Made by a program: the position numbers and the translations under genes. A DNA stretch of 64,000 nt, from NCBI GenBank assembly GCA_964601175.1, contig CAZRMJ010000003.1, forward strand, positions 27 through 64,026, in the 5' to 3' direction. Below the pieces are notes generated by a model that was not told where the DNA came from, did no database searches, and saw only the letters and a program-made list of their open reading frames with translations. This DNA is from Candidatus Woesearchaeota archaeon (GTDB lineage Archaea; Nanobdellota; Nanobdellia; Pacearchaeales; GW2011-AR1). Shown here one piece after another: positions 35,774-45,119 of the stretch (its first letter is position 1; each line of letters opens with the position of its first letter).

Positions 35774-38700
35774 CTATTTAAAATTGGCTCTTTTGAAGTT
35801 CTGAATATTTCTCATATAATATCCAGATCTACTGAAAAAGAAACCATTTCGCTTAAGATACATTACTACGTAAACTATTCCAGCCACTAATATCAAGATT
35901 ATCAAAGCATATACTGCATAGGTTTTGTAGCTAATTATTGAAAACCATGTACTTGCATTTACTATGCTTTCTTCATTATCATTTTCTCTACTTGGATATA
36001 CTGCTTTAACGTTTAGTAAGTAAACTCCACGAGTAAGTTCTTTTGGAACATTAATTGTTTTAAGTAAACTTGTTTGTGTGCTTACCGCTACTGTTTCATG
36101 TTCAATATCATATATCTGTCCAGTACTTGTATCTTCTATTGAATAATAGACCACTACATCAACTTCGCCTATGTCTCCTAAGTTTAATATTTGTACGCTT
36201 GCAAGTATTTTCCCGCCAGGACTTATTATTCTTCCATCTAATATTTCTGTGTTTATATCGAACAATGCGCCTTTAGAAGATGCGTCTATTGCAACTAACA
36301 CTTCATCTTCAAATCCGGGTGCCTTTGCAACTATCTTTCCAATATAAAGCTCAGGAGCAGCATCTTCTCTTACAATGAAATCTACTTTAACTGTTTTTGA
36401 CATTCCTGGTTCAAGAGTTATTTCAGTTTCAGATAACTTCAATTGATCCTTAAGTCCAGATACTTCAAGATTCAAAGCAATATTTCTATTACCCGTATTT
36501 TCAATTACTAAGTCCCTTGTTGAAGTTTGTCCTTGTTTAAGAGAAACTTTCATATTTTGAGGGCTAAACAACACTTCTTTCAGCCTTTCTGCTCCTAAAA
36601 GCGGAGTTAGTTCTATGGTTGCAGAATTCCTTAAACTATTTATTGAATTTAGTTTAACTGAAAGGTCGTCTAAGCCATCTTTATTGAAATCAAAGTTCTT
36701 AGAGTCTACAATATCAAGAGTAAAGACTTCAGGAGTACTTTCCATTGTGAATATTGCTTTTGAACCATCATATCCGTTAAATGTTATATGGTGTATCTGA
36801 CCATTTCCTATGGAAAAGCTCTTCCTATTAGAAGAGAATATTTCCCTATTTGTTCCTCTAATTATTCTACCAAATGAATTATCGCTTCCGAAAGAAGATC
36901 CGCCGCTTCCTCCGCCGGATCCGCCATTTCCATTAGAACCTCCGTTTCCGCCATTTCCAGATCCTGTAGGAAGATTCTTATCAGAGAATAAACCAAAGAA
37001 TAATCTCATTAAGTCAGAGAATCCTTTAAGTATATGACTATTTCTTTGAGTAGAATTTGTCAAACTTAATCTCTGCACCAATTCTACTAAATATTGTGTA
37101 AGTCCTCCAACTCTTGAAGCTATAGATTGAAGAACTATCTGCTGAGTTTGTAGCCTAAATATTCTTCCAAATCTTGTCACAGAATTAGTAATGGAAATAT
37201 CTTGTATGGCAACTCTTACTCTACTTGCTTGTTTATACAGCGAATCTGACAAACCGATATTTGTTGAACTAATTCTAAAGATTCCCGAGAATCTTGAAGC
37301 ATAATCTTCTAGACTTATTTCATTAGATATCTCTCTGTTTGCTCCAAAGAATCTTTCTAAATTAAAGTTGAAGCTTATCAAATTAGTTGGTAATCTGAAT
37401 ATATTTCCAATTCTTTCAGAAGCTAAATTTAATCCAACTATTTGCGAATTAATTCTATTTGCTCCAAGATTACCTCTAAATCCTAAGTCAAGAGTAAATG
37501 AATCATCCGTAGATCTAAACATATAAGCTAATCTATTGACGGCGTTATCTATTGTTAATCTTTGAGTATTGATTCTAAACAATCCACTAAATCTAGTGTT
37601 GCTTTCTGCAACATTCACATTTATGGAACTTGTTCTAATTAGATTTGCCAATCTGTTGATTGTTTCATTAAGATTGATTCTTTCTATAAGTTGAATTACA
37701 TACTTTAATATTTCAGCACCTAAATTGGTTCCGGCTCTAACATTAACAACTTGTGTAGGGGTCCTAAACATTCCCAAGAATCTGTTTACAGAATCACTCA
37801 AACCTATAGAATTAGAAGCAATTCTGTTAGCTCCATAAGTTCTTGAAATTCCTAAGCTAAATCCTAAAGAATCTTGGTTTACTCTAAATATTCCAGAATA
37901 TTTGCTATTACTATTATCAACCGCTATAGTTTGAGAGTTTATTCTGAATAGTCCAAGTAATCTTGTTACAGCGTTATCTAGTGTAAGAGTTTGGGCATTT
38001 ACTTTAAACAATCCACTAAATCTAGTATTTTTCTCATTTACATTTATACCTTGTTGATTAATTCTAAACAAACTAGCAAGTCTGGTTAGACTATTATCTA
38101 TTGTAAGTCTCTGAGTGTTCAATCTAAACAATCCAGAGAATCTTGTATTGGTATCGTCAATAGTCAAAGTTTGAGAGTTTATTCTGAATAATCCTGAGAA
38201 TCTTGAGTTACTATTTACCAAGTTTAATTGTTGACCCATTATTCTAAATAATCCTCCAAATCTAGTATTGCTTTCTGTAATTCCGATATTATTGTTATTG
38301 ATTCTGAATATTCCTGCAATTCTATTTGCTATACTATTCAGACTCATGTCCTGTATGTTTGCCCTAAGCCCAATATAGTTTCTATTTGATACTGCGTCAA
38401 TTGAAAGCAAGTTAGTTGGTATTTTGAAAATGCCTGCTAATCTTTCAACGGAATTATTTAAGTTAAGCTGTTGAACTAATTCTACAAGGTACTTTAGAAT
38501 ATTCTGAACATTAATAAGAACTTCATTTACATTTATGACTTGTAATTGTATCCTGAATAATCCTAATAACCTGTAACTATTTTCATCTAGACTTATAGTT
38601 TGTTGATTTATTCTAAATAATCCTGAGAACTTATTAGCATTTTCACCGAAAACAAATTCTTGATTGTTAATTCTAAATAATCCTCCGAATCTAGTATTGC

Positions 38701-41700
38701 TTTCTGTAATTCCAATATTATTGTTATTAATTCTGAATATTCCCAAGAATCTATTTACAGAATCACTCAAACCTATAGAATTAGAAGCAATTCTGTTTGC
38801 TCCATAAGTTCTTGAAATTCCTAAGCTAAATCCTAAAGAATCTTGGTTTACTCTAAATATTCCGCTATATCTTGTATTAGCATTATCAACAGCTATAGTT
38901 TGTGAGTTTATTCTGAATAGTCCAAGTAATCTTGTTACAGCGTTATCTATAGTCAATCTTTGAGTGTTGATTCTGAATAACCCACCAAATCGAGTATTAC
39001 TTTCTCCCAGGGTTAAACTATCAGAATTAGTCTTGAATAATCCCCTAAATTTACCAAATTGACTATTAAGGAGAATCTCTAAGTTGCTATTCTTAAATAA
39101 ATCCCCAATTCTATAATTTGAACCATTTATTCTTAAAATACCGGTCAAATTTATAGAATAAGTATTGACTAAATTAAGTGCGCTAAATGTAATATTTGTA
39201 GTAGAGTTTAAGTTATTGCTTGAATCCCAACAAAAGTATTTTGCAACGTAACTTCCATCAGAAATTGTAGAATTTGTAGCATTAAAGTCCCTATTGCCAT
39301 TATTTTGCATGGTATAATTTAATTTACCATTAGTTAATGTAAAGTTACATGCGCTTCCATCTTTGTTCAAGGTTACATTAAATAAGATCGGAGGATTCAA
39401 GGTATCGTTAGCAGGGTTATTTATTGTAACTTGAGGAGGAGTTATATCATTATAAATGACTGTAAAGTTAGTTGAATTCATAGCGCGATTACTTGCATTA
39501 TCAAAAGTAAGATAATTCCAAACATATGTCCCGGAATAAGGCAAGGTCACTGTAATATTGGTACTATCTGCCAATCCAACTATTGTAGCATCAGTAGTGT
39601 TAATAATATCTCCAGTAGAATTCCAAACATATAAAGTAGTATTATGAAGTGCGAAATTATCGCTAAAGGTGGCATTAAAACTAACCACAGGATCTGTTAC
39701 AGTGGTGCCATTAGAAGGTGCATTCAAATTCGTAACTGGAGGAATATTCTGTTCATAAACTACATCTGCGGACATGAAGTCAACACCAAATCCACCAGTA
39801 GCTGTGCTATTCTGATATGCCATCAATCTAAATTTACTATTAGACACAAAATGATCCATTTCGGAGACAGATAAATTATAGGTAGTAGTGTTCAATACTC
39901 CTATTGCTCCAGCACTAAAGTTTACTCTTCTCCAACCTCCAGAAGTAAAGTTCCATAAAGCCATACCCTTCATATGATTAGCTACTGTTGTATTTGATCT
40001 AACTGTAAGAAATATTCTTGTTATTGCTTCATTAGAAGGTACTGTGAAGTTAACAAATACAAAAGTATCTAAAGATGCACTTTCCCCTCTTGGCCTAAAT
40101 GCAATATTATTTGAAGTATTAAGGCCATTTATGCCACTTGAAGTAAGAAGAGACGTTCTTTGTATTGCAAATCCTCCAGTATCTGTATGAGTTCCGTTTG
40201 AAGCTCGTTGAGAAACTGCATTAGGAACCAATGTTTCAGAGACTAATGGATCTACAATATTATCGAATTGCAAATCTCCTCCTGAAATAAGCAAATCAAA
40301 AACACTTTGAGATCTACTACCTAAATTAGTCAAGAAAACAGTATTGTACTGATTATCAGTTATTGAAGTAAAGTTGACTATCTGATTCGTTCCATCTTCT
40401 TCATATACTGTAATCATTGGAGTTCCAGAAATAGTTCTTGGGTATATAGTAATATCATTAGAAGAAGTAAGATTCTTGTTAAAAGCAATTCTAACATAAT
40501 GCGTATCTGAAATAGTTTCGCTCCATATACCATCTATTTGTCTAACTGAATCAAAAATATTAGAAATAATAGTTCTATTTTCATCTAAGTGTAAAGCCTT
40601 TGTCAATTCTACAAATCCAAATGCAGAATTTCCAGAAGGCAAGGTAATATTATATTCTTGTCCAGGAGTTAGATCATGAAGAAATGGTTCCCATCCACTA
40701 GAACAACTTTGATCTGTAAAGTTCCATGAAGGACAATTCTTCAGCTCAGAACTTTGAGCTGTAAAGAAAACAGTATAATTAGTGAAATTATCCAATAAAG
40801 GATCAACGCTAAATACACTAAATAGGTTGTCTAAACTCGAAACACTATCCAATCTTGCAACTTCTAAAGATGTATCTGTAATATTTTGTTCTGTCAAATT
40901 TATATTGTCAAATCTTATTCTATCAACATAATCTATATCTAAAGGAAATACCCTTATTGTATAAGTAGAGTTTATCGGAATTATTGCAGTTAAGTTATCT
41001 CCAGTTTCATTATATACAAAAGAATTAGCAACTTCATCATATATTGTAACTTTAGCATTAATAGGATTCCCATTAGAATCTAAAACAGTCCCATTTACTA
41101 AAGCATATTGTTGAACAACTGAAAAGCTAACATTAGAAGTATAATTAGCATTACCATTAACGTCTTGTGCGTAGACTTGGAAAGTATAATCTCCAAAATC
41201 AAGATCTCCGCTACTAGCATTAAAGTTAAGCCCATCTTCAGAGCTCATTGAAATATTAGTTAAACCATTATCTAATGTATAATTTGCTACTCCATTTTCA
41301 TTTAATGAAATATTAAATGAAAGAGGCAGATCTAAAAGCCTAGAATATTCAGCATTATTTTCAGGAGAGTTAATGGTTACTAATGGAGCATTAGCATCTG
41401 AAGTCATACAAGTAACATTAACAAAATCAAAACCTGCTTCTTCATTTAAATCATTTTTACTTGCAGTTACTCTTATTTTGAAGTTGTTATTTAATCCAAC
41501 TCCAGAAGTAATATTATATGTCTCTGTATCCCAGGTGTTATCTTCACAAGCCTGACCATTAGTACATGAAAAGATGTTTACAAAATTCCCGCCTGAATTT
41601 GTAACATTTACATAATAAAATTCACCATTATCAAAAGAACTATCAACATATCTAGAATAAGTAAGAATGCATTCGCTATAAGGTGTTAAATCAAGAGAAT

Positions 41701-42355
41701 TTGTTAATTGTAACGCATTAATCGCTCCATTTTCAGCACAAGCACATTGAGCCCCATCAGCACAATTGGTAGGACATAAATTAACGTTAGACCATCCAGT
41801 CCCAGAAACTTCTGTCCAATGAGTCCAAGAAATTCCATCCTCAAAACTGTCGGAAAATACTTCTGTAACTGTTGGATCTATTATATGATCAAATTTAATT
41901 GATCCATTAATAACTCTTAAATCAAATTGATCTTGAGATTTTATTAAATCCCTTAGAAAGATCTTATTATATGAATCACTTGTTATGTCCCTAAAAGAGG
42001 CAATAACTTTATCCTTATCTTTTTCATAAACCTCTATTATTGGATTTCCATTAGTTACTATTGGATATATAGTAATATCATCAACAGAAGTAAGATTCTT
42101 CTCAAATGTAACTCTTACATATTCTCCATCATTTATTTCATTACTCCAAATATTATCTTTTGATTTAATAGAATCATAGATCTTTTCAACAAAGTTCCTA
42201 TTAACATCAAGATGTTCAGCGTTTACTATTTGTATCGAATTAAATCTATTTTGTTCATTATTTAAAAAGAGAATTAATTTATGAAGATTAATTAAAATTA
42301 ATATTCCCAGAGTTAAAACTAAAACGCCTATCAAGATAACCTTTTTATTATTCAT
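35774..42355 (-). CDS. Giant (~2193 aa) N-X-S/T-rich surface protein: N-terminal anchor, two HLD..FDHIIDP modules, Ig-like domains, 20-residue repeat array, Gly/Asn/Ser linker, two Ig-like domains, C-terminal TM
   Basis: Uninterrupted 6.6-kb ORF. The ATG at 42355 follows GGAGGG and overlaps the upstream wHTH stop as ATGA, whereas the track start at 42373 is TTG. The C-terminal TM is YAVYALIILILVAGIVYVVMY. Confidence 0.85.
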   Translation of the reverse strand: MNNKKVILIGVLVLTLGILILINLHKLILFLNNEQNRFNSIQIVNAEHLDVNRNFVEKIYDSIKSKDNIWSNEINDGEYVRVTFEKNLTSVDDITIYPIVTNGNPIIEVYEKDKDKVIASFRDITSDSYNKIFLRDLIKSQDQFDLRVINGSIKFDHIIDPTVTEVFSDSFEDGISWTHWTEVSGTGWSNVNLCPTNCADGAQCACAENGAINALQLTNSLDLTPYSECILTYSRYVDSSFDNGEFYYVNVTNSGGNFVNIFSCTNGQACEDNTWDTETYNITSGVGLNNNFKIRVTASKNDLNEEAGFDFVNVTCMTSDANAPLVTINSPENNAEYSRLLDLPLSFNISLNENGVANYTLDNGLTNISMSSEDGLNFNASSGDLDFGDYTFQVYAQDVNGNANYTSNVSFSVVQQYALVNGTVLDSNGNPINAKVTIYDEVANSFVYNETGDNLTAIIPINSTYTIRVFPLDIDYVDRIRFDNINLTEQNITDTSLEVARLDSVSSLDNLFSVFSVDPLLDNFTNYTVFFTAQSSELKNCPSWNFTDQSCSSGWEPFLHDLTPGQEYNITLPSGNSAFGFVELTKALHLDENRTIISNIFDSVRQIDGIWSETISDTHYVRIAFNKNLTSSNDITIYPRTISGTPMITVYEEDGTNQIVNFTSITDNQYNTVFLTNLGSRSQSVFDLLISGGDLQFDNIVDPLVSETLVPNAVSQRASNGTHTDTGGFAIQRTSLLTSSGINGLNTSNNIAFRPRGESASLDTFVFVNFTVPSNEAITRIFLTVRSNTTVANHMKGMALWNFTSGGWRRVNFSAGAIGVLNTTTYNLSVSEMDHFVSNSKFRLMAYQNSTATGGFGVDFMSADVVYEQNIPPVTNLNAPSNGTTVTDPVVSFNATFSDNFALHNTTLYVWNSTGDIINTTDATIVGLADSTNITVTLPYSGTYVWNYLTFDNASNRAMNSTNFTVIYNDITPPQVTINNPANDTLNPPILFNVTLNKDGSACNFTLTNGKLNYTMQNNGNRDFNATNSTISDGSYVAKYFCWDSSNNLNSTTNITFSALNLVNTYSINLTGILRINGSNYRIGDLFKNSNLEILLNSQFGKFRGLFKTNSDSLTLGESNTRFGGLFRINTQRLTIDNAVTRLLGLFRINSQTIAVDNANTRYSGIFRVNQDSLGFSLGISRTYGANRIASNSIGLSDSVNRFLGIFRINNNNIGITESNTRFGGLFRINNQEFVFGENANKFSGLFRINQQTISLDENSYRLLGLFRIQLQVINVNEVLINVQNILKYLVELVQQLNLNNSVERLAGIFKIPTNLLSIDAVSNRNYIGLRANIQDMSLNSIANRIAGIFRINNNNIGITESNTRFGGLFRIMGQQLNLVNSNSRFSGLFRINSQTLTIDDTNTRFSGLFRLNTQRLTIDNSLTRLASLFRINQQGINVNEKNTRFSGLFKVNAQTLTLDNAVTRLLGLFRINSQTIAVDNSNSKYSGIFRVNQDSLGFSLGISRTYGANRIASNSIGLSDSVNRFLGMFRTPTQVVNVRAGTNLGAEILKYVIQLIERINLNETINRLANLIRTSSINVNVAESNTRFSGLFRINTQRLTIDNAVNRLAYMFRSTDDSFTLDLGFRGNLGANRINSQIVGLNLASERIGNIFRLPTNLISFNFNLERFFGANREISNEISLEDYASRFSGIFRISSTNIGLSDSLYKQASRVRVAIQDISITNSVTRFGRIFRLQTQQIVLQSIASRVGGLTQYLVELVQRLSLTNSTQRNSHILKGFSDLMRLFFGLFSDKNLPTGSGNGGNGGSNGNGGSGGGSGGSSFGSDNSFGRIIRGTNREIFSSNRKSFSIGNGQIHHITFNGYDGSKAIFTMESTPEVFTLDIVDSKNFDFNKDGLDDLSVKLNSINSLRNSATIELTPLLGAERLKEVLFSPQNMKVSLKQGQTSTRDLVIENTGNRNIALNLEVSGLKDQLKLSETEITLEPGMSKTVKVDFIVREDAAPELYIGKIVAKAPGFEDEVLVAIDASSKGALFDINTEILDGRIISPGGKILASVQILNLGDIGEVDVVVYYSIEDTSTGQIYDIEHETVAVSTQTSLLKTINVPKELTRGVYLLNVKAVYPSRENDNEESIVNASTWFSIISYKTYAVYALIILILVAGIVYVVMYLKRNGFFFSRSGYYMRNIQNFKRANFK
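37771..37980 (-). repeat. Near-identical 210-nt intragenic duplicate, copy A
   Basis: Matches 38740-38949 almost base for base, apart from a ~25-nt divergent patch. The offset is 969 nt. Confidence 0.85.
38740..38949 (-). repeat. Near-identical 210-nt intragenic duplicate, copy B
   Basis: See 37771-37980. A shorter duplicate also occurs (about 38250-38320 vs 38680-38745). Confidence 0.85.
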
Positions 42356-42564
42356 GCCTTCCCTCCTTTCCAATAATGCAATTTAGCAATACCTACAGGC
42401 CTTATTCTAATAAGATCAGCACCTTTTAATTCAGCTAAAGCAACAGATACGGTATTTCGAGAGATACTTAATTTTTGTGCTATTTCTACTACTGTAAGAC
42501 CTTCGGTGTCCTTTCTAAGTAGATTCGCCACTAAATCTTTTTTTGTTTTTACTATTTCTTTCAT
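42352..42564 (-). CDS. 70-aa winged-helix DNA-binding protein (MarR/ArsR-like fold)
   Basis: LTVVEIAQKLSISRNTVSVALAELKGADLIRIRPVG is an HTH plus wing. Its TGA overlaps the giant gene's ATG. Confidence 0.7.
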   Translation of the reverse strand: MKEIVKTKKDLVANLLRKDTEGLTVVEIAQKLSISRNTVSVALAELKGADLIRIRPVGIAKLHYWKGGKA

Positions 42565-42565
42565 A

Positions 42566-42605
42566 GTGCACTAATGATTACTTTTAATGTTGAGCATTAA
42601 TGCAC
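42566..42605. promoter_or_regulatory. Imperfect 11-bp inverted repeat between the TATA-like box and the wHTH start (candidate operator or leader hairpin)
   Basis: GTGCACTAATG (42566-42576) and CATTAATGCAC (42595-42605), with one mismatch and an 18-nt spacer. ATATATAAA on the minus strand lies at about 42622-42631. Confidence 0.35.
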
Positions 42606-42751
42606 AATAAAATAAATCAGGGTTTATATATCTTTGTTAAAAATCGTAAAAAACTAAAATTTACAATCAAAGTTAATAATAAATAACAAATCAAATTCAA
42701 TAATAGGCATAAAAAACCAAGAAATTACAATAATAAAAAAATCAAAATAAA

Positions 42752-43303
42752 TTAACTTATCATTAATGTCCAGTTTATTGTAAGCTGGTCATTTGTCTGT
42801 AAAGTAACAAGAGTGAATGTATTTCCTGCAAACACTGAACCAGTTTGATTACTCAATCTTGTAGAGTTCACTTCTATACTATCACATGTTGATGTAAATG
42901 TCTTTGAAACTGACCAGTTACCAGGAGCATTATTCAAAACAGCATAAGTTCCAGCATTACTATTCAATCCACAATTAATATATGTATTAAAAGTTTCAGA
43001 TGCTGCCGCAACAGGTCCAGCACATCCAGCAGTAGCATTACATAATGAAATATTCAATATTGCTCCAACAACTCCAGTACCTAATGCATTTCTAGTCAAA
43101 TTCTTCCCATTATCGTAAAGCAAATTATGATCGCAACTTACTACTTCCCCATTTTTGTAAACACAAACATAACCTTTGTAATGAAGAACCGAAGAATCTG
43201 AACTTGAACCTTGAAGACCATCACTTAAAAGATATCCAAATGATAAAGCAAATAATATAGAAGCCACAAAGGCAAAAACAATTTGTCCTCTTTTTACCAT
43301 CAT
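42752..43303 (-). CDS. Type IV pilin-like protein with class III signal peptide
   Basis: M(M)VKRGQ followed directly by the hydrophobic IVFAFVASILFALSFGYLL, i.e. [KR]G then Q plus a TM helix, the archaeal prepilin-peptidase pattern. The track start at 43342 is TTG. The body is beta-rich and N-X-S/T-rich. Confidence 0.6.
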   Translation of the reverse strand: MMVKRGQIVFAFVASILFALSFGYLLSDGLQGSSSDSSVLHYKGYVCVYKNGEVVSCDHNLLYDNGKNLTRNALGTGVVGAILNISLCNATAGCAGPVAAASETFNTYINCGLNSNAGTYAVLNNAPGNWSVSKTFTSTCDSIEVNSTRLSNQTGSVFAGNTFTLVTLQTNDQLTINWTLMIS

Positions 43304-43387
43304 AACATGATAAAAAAGTCTCAAGTATTTAAATCTTTTCAATTTTTTATTTTAAAGTTCCAATAAATAATATTATTTTCTAGAATT

Positions 43388-44569
43388 TTATCTATGCTTA
43401 ACTCTCTTTCTTAACAAAAGGAACCATGTAAAATTAAGCAATACAAGAACTGCTATTGCAATTACTAAAATTGTATTGAAACTTCCCCCAGATTTGCTAG
43501 ATTTTACGACGTAACCAACTCCAACAACAGAAATATCATTTTCAGAAACATCTAAAGTCAATTGTTTCTGAATAGACTTTTCTCCAAAATGAATAAATGC
43601 CTTCGCATCATAAGATCCAGCACTAACACCTTCAGTATCCCAAAATGCAACAAGCAATTGACTTCCAAATGGTTCAAAATCATATGTTGCAGACTTAAAT
43701 TCTGCCATAACATCGCCACTTTTATCAAAAACCTGCATTAAGATATAAGCATCACTGATCGGAGTACCTAAATTGTTATTAACAAGAAATTCAAATTTAG
43801 CAATTTGACCCAAACTAAAGTCGTTTACTTCAACATTTTTAAGCTCAAGAGTATCTGATCCGATAGAAAATTCTTTTCTCAAGTCAATAGTAGCTTCATC
43901 ATAAACAATAGTGGCAAAAACCCTGTAAATTCCAGGAACATTATTTGAAGGAGCCCATTGAGCTGCTAATTCTTTTCTTTCACCTTTAGATAATGGAACT
44001 TCTTCAGTTACCAATGAAGCGATTTTACTATTAGATGAATTAAATATATCCAAAAAAGCCTTAGTATGTGCAATGTTTAAATTTCCCTTACTTACTACAG
44101 GGATAACGAAACTAGCGAGACTATCGTTTGAAACACTTATACTCAAAGCAGATTCTACATATTTCCCCGGATAAGGCACATCAATTACAGCCTTTGTGAT
44201 TACACCCACAATAGAATTTATGTAAGTCTTCCCTGATCCAACATTATTTGGAACTTCAGTTATAAGAATGTCTATACTATGACTTCCAGGAGATAACTTA
44301 GGAGGAGTTTCCAAAGAGTAATATATCCTAACACTTTTTACTTCAGGAGTTAATGAAATAGTATAATTAGAAAGAGATAAAAAATCTTTCAAGTCTCCTT
44401 GAGGTTCTAAAACAATATCTACTTTTTTATTGTCTGAGTTAATAACTTCGAAATAAGAGGTTTGCTCAGATCCAGGATCATATCCAAATATATGCTGTGC
44501 CGGAGTTATTGCAAATGCAGAAGAAAATGGAATTAAAATCAAAAAAATTAAAATAGAATAAGCTTTCAT
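43388..44569 (-). CDS. Multi-Ig-like surface protein with C-terminal TM anchor (paralogue of 25401-26522)
   Basis: Signal peptide ending SSAFA, shared motifs AITPA, SPGSH and VPYPGKY, and a C-terminal TM plus basic tail LLRKRVKHR. Confidence 0.7.
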   Translation of the reverse strand: MKAYSILIFLILIPFSSAFAITPAQHIFGYDPGSEQTSYFEVINSDNKKVDIVLEPQGDLKDFLSLSNYTISLTPEVKSVRIYYSLETPPKLSPGSHSIDILITEVPNNVGSGKTYINSIVGVITKAVIDVPYPGKYVESALSISVSNDSLASFVIPVVSKGNLNIAHTKAFLDIFNSSNSKIASLVTEEVPLSKGERKELAAQWAPSNNVPGIYRVFATIVYDEATIDLRKEFSIGSDTLELKNVEVNDFSLGQIAKFEFLVNNNLGTPISDAYILMQVFDKSGDVMAEFKSATYDFEPFGSQLLVAFWDTEGVSAGSYDAKAFIHFGEKSIQKQLTLDVSENDISVVGVGYVVKSSKSGGSFNTILVIAIAVLVLLNFTWFLLLRKRVKHR

Positions 44570-45018
44570 TTTTCCACAACACCACCTTTAACTTCTGAAG
44601 AATTTACCAGAGAACCTATGTTATAGGTATCCACATGTATCGGGAATTTATTTACATTAAAGATTCCAACAGAATTATCTGTAGTTCTTTTAACTTGAAT
44701 ATTTAAAACGATTTCAGAAGAAAGTTCCCTAACTTGACCAGAAGACTCGAAAAAGGATTTAATATAATATCTTCCAGGATCAAGATTAAAAACATCTCCG
44801 ATAAACAAAGTTCTAGGAGAATCAAATTGCAAATTATCATCCACAATTACATAATCCGTGTCTGAAGGAATCTCAAACATCAGAGAACTAGCCCCCTCAG
44901 AAAGAGGCCCTGTAACTAAAGGTTGAGAGTAACCAATATAAATGAAAGCAAGTAATAACAATCCAGCTAAAAGAATAGAGTCTATTATCAACAAATATTT
45001 CTTGTTTTTATTTTCCAT
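44566..45018 (-). CDS. Signal-anchored small beta-rich protein
   Basis: TM LLIIDSILLAGLLLLAFIYIGY followed by a ~110-aa beta-rich domain (LDPGRYYIKSF). ATGA overlap with the downstream gene. Confidence 0.55.
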   Translation of the reverse strand: MENKNKKYLLIIDSILLAGLLLLAFIYIGYSQPLVTGPLSEGASSLMFEIPSDTDYVIVDDNLQFDSPRTLFIGDVFNLDPGRYYIKSFFESSGQVRELSSEIVLNIQVKRTTDNSVGIFNVNKFPIHVDTYNIGSLVNSSEVKGGVVEK

Positions 45019-45019
45019 C

Positions 45020-45118
45020 TTATTGATTTATGTTTGATACCCCCAAAACATCCCTTAACATAATATTAGAAGACTCGACATTTATATCTATTTCTGCTCC
45101 ATATCTACAGTTCATCAT
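45020..45118 (-). CDS. Possible 32-aa micro-ORF wedged between the giant gene and the 150-aa gene
   Basis: GGAGGT (the last codons of the giant) lies 5 nt upstream of ATGATG. The ORF MMNCRYGAEIDINVESSNIMLRDVLGVSNINQ ends 1 nt before the next ATG. Confidence 0.25.
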   Translation of the reverse strand: MMNCRYGAEIDINVESSNIMLRDVLGVSNINQ

Positions 45119-45119
45119 T

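Larger units (their letters stand above)
37030..39145 (-). repeat. In-frame tandem array of about 30 units of 60 nt (20 aa, consensus xSNTRFSGLFRINxQxLxID)
   Basis: Read directly from the translation. Three 23-aa interrupters (..ILKYLVELVQQLNLN-like) split the array into blocks. Confidence 0.9.

Noticed and set aside
36810-37037. A Pro-rich 75-aa plus-strand ORF (PPLPPPDPPFPLEPPFPPFP).
   Set aside because: It is the antisense reading of the Gly/Asn/Ser linker (GGN codons) of the giant minus-strand gene.
37771-38949. The near-identical 210-nt segments as a possible DGR template/variable repeat pair.
   Set aside because: The differences between copies are not adenine-specific (G/A, A/T and a mixed patch). 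Both copies lie in the same coding array. No reverse transcriptase is in the window.
37030-39145. A regular 60-nt periodicity that could be mistaken for a CRISPR array or a non-coding satellite.
   Set aside because: The units are contiguous with no spacers, degenerate at the DNA level, and stay in frame inside a 6.6-kb ORF. No cas genes are present.
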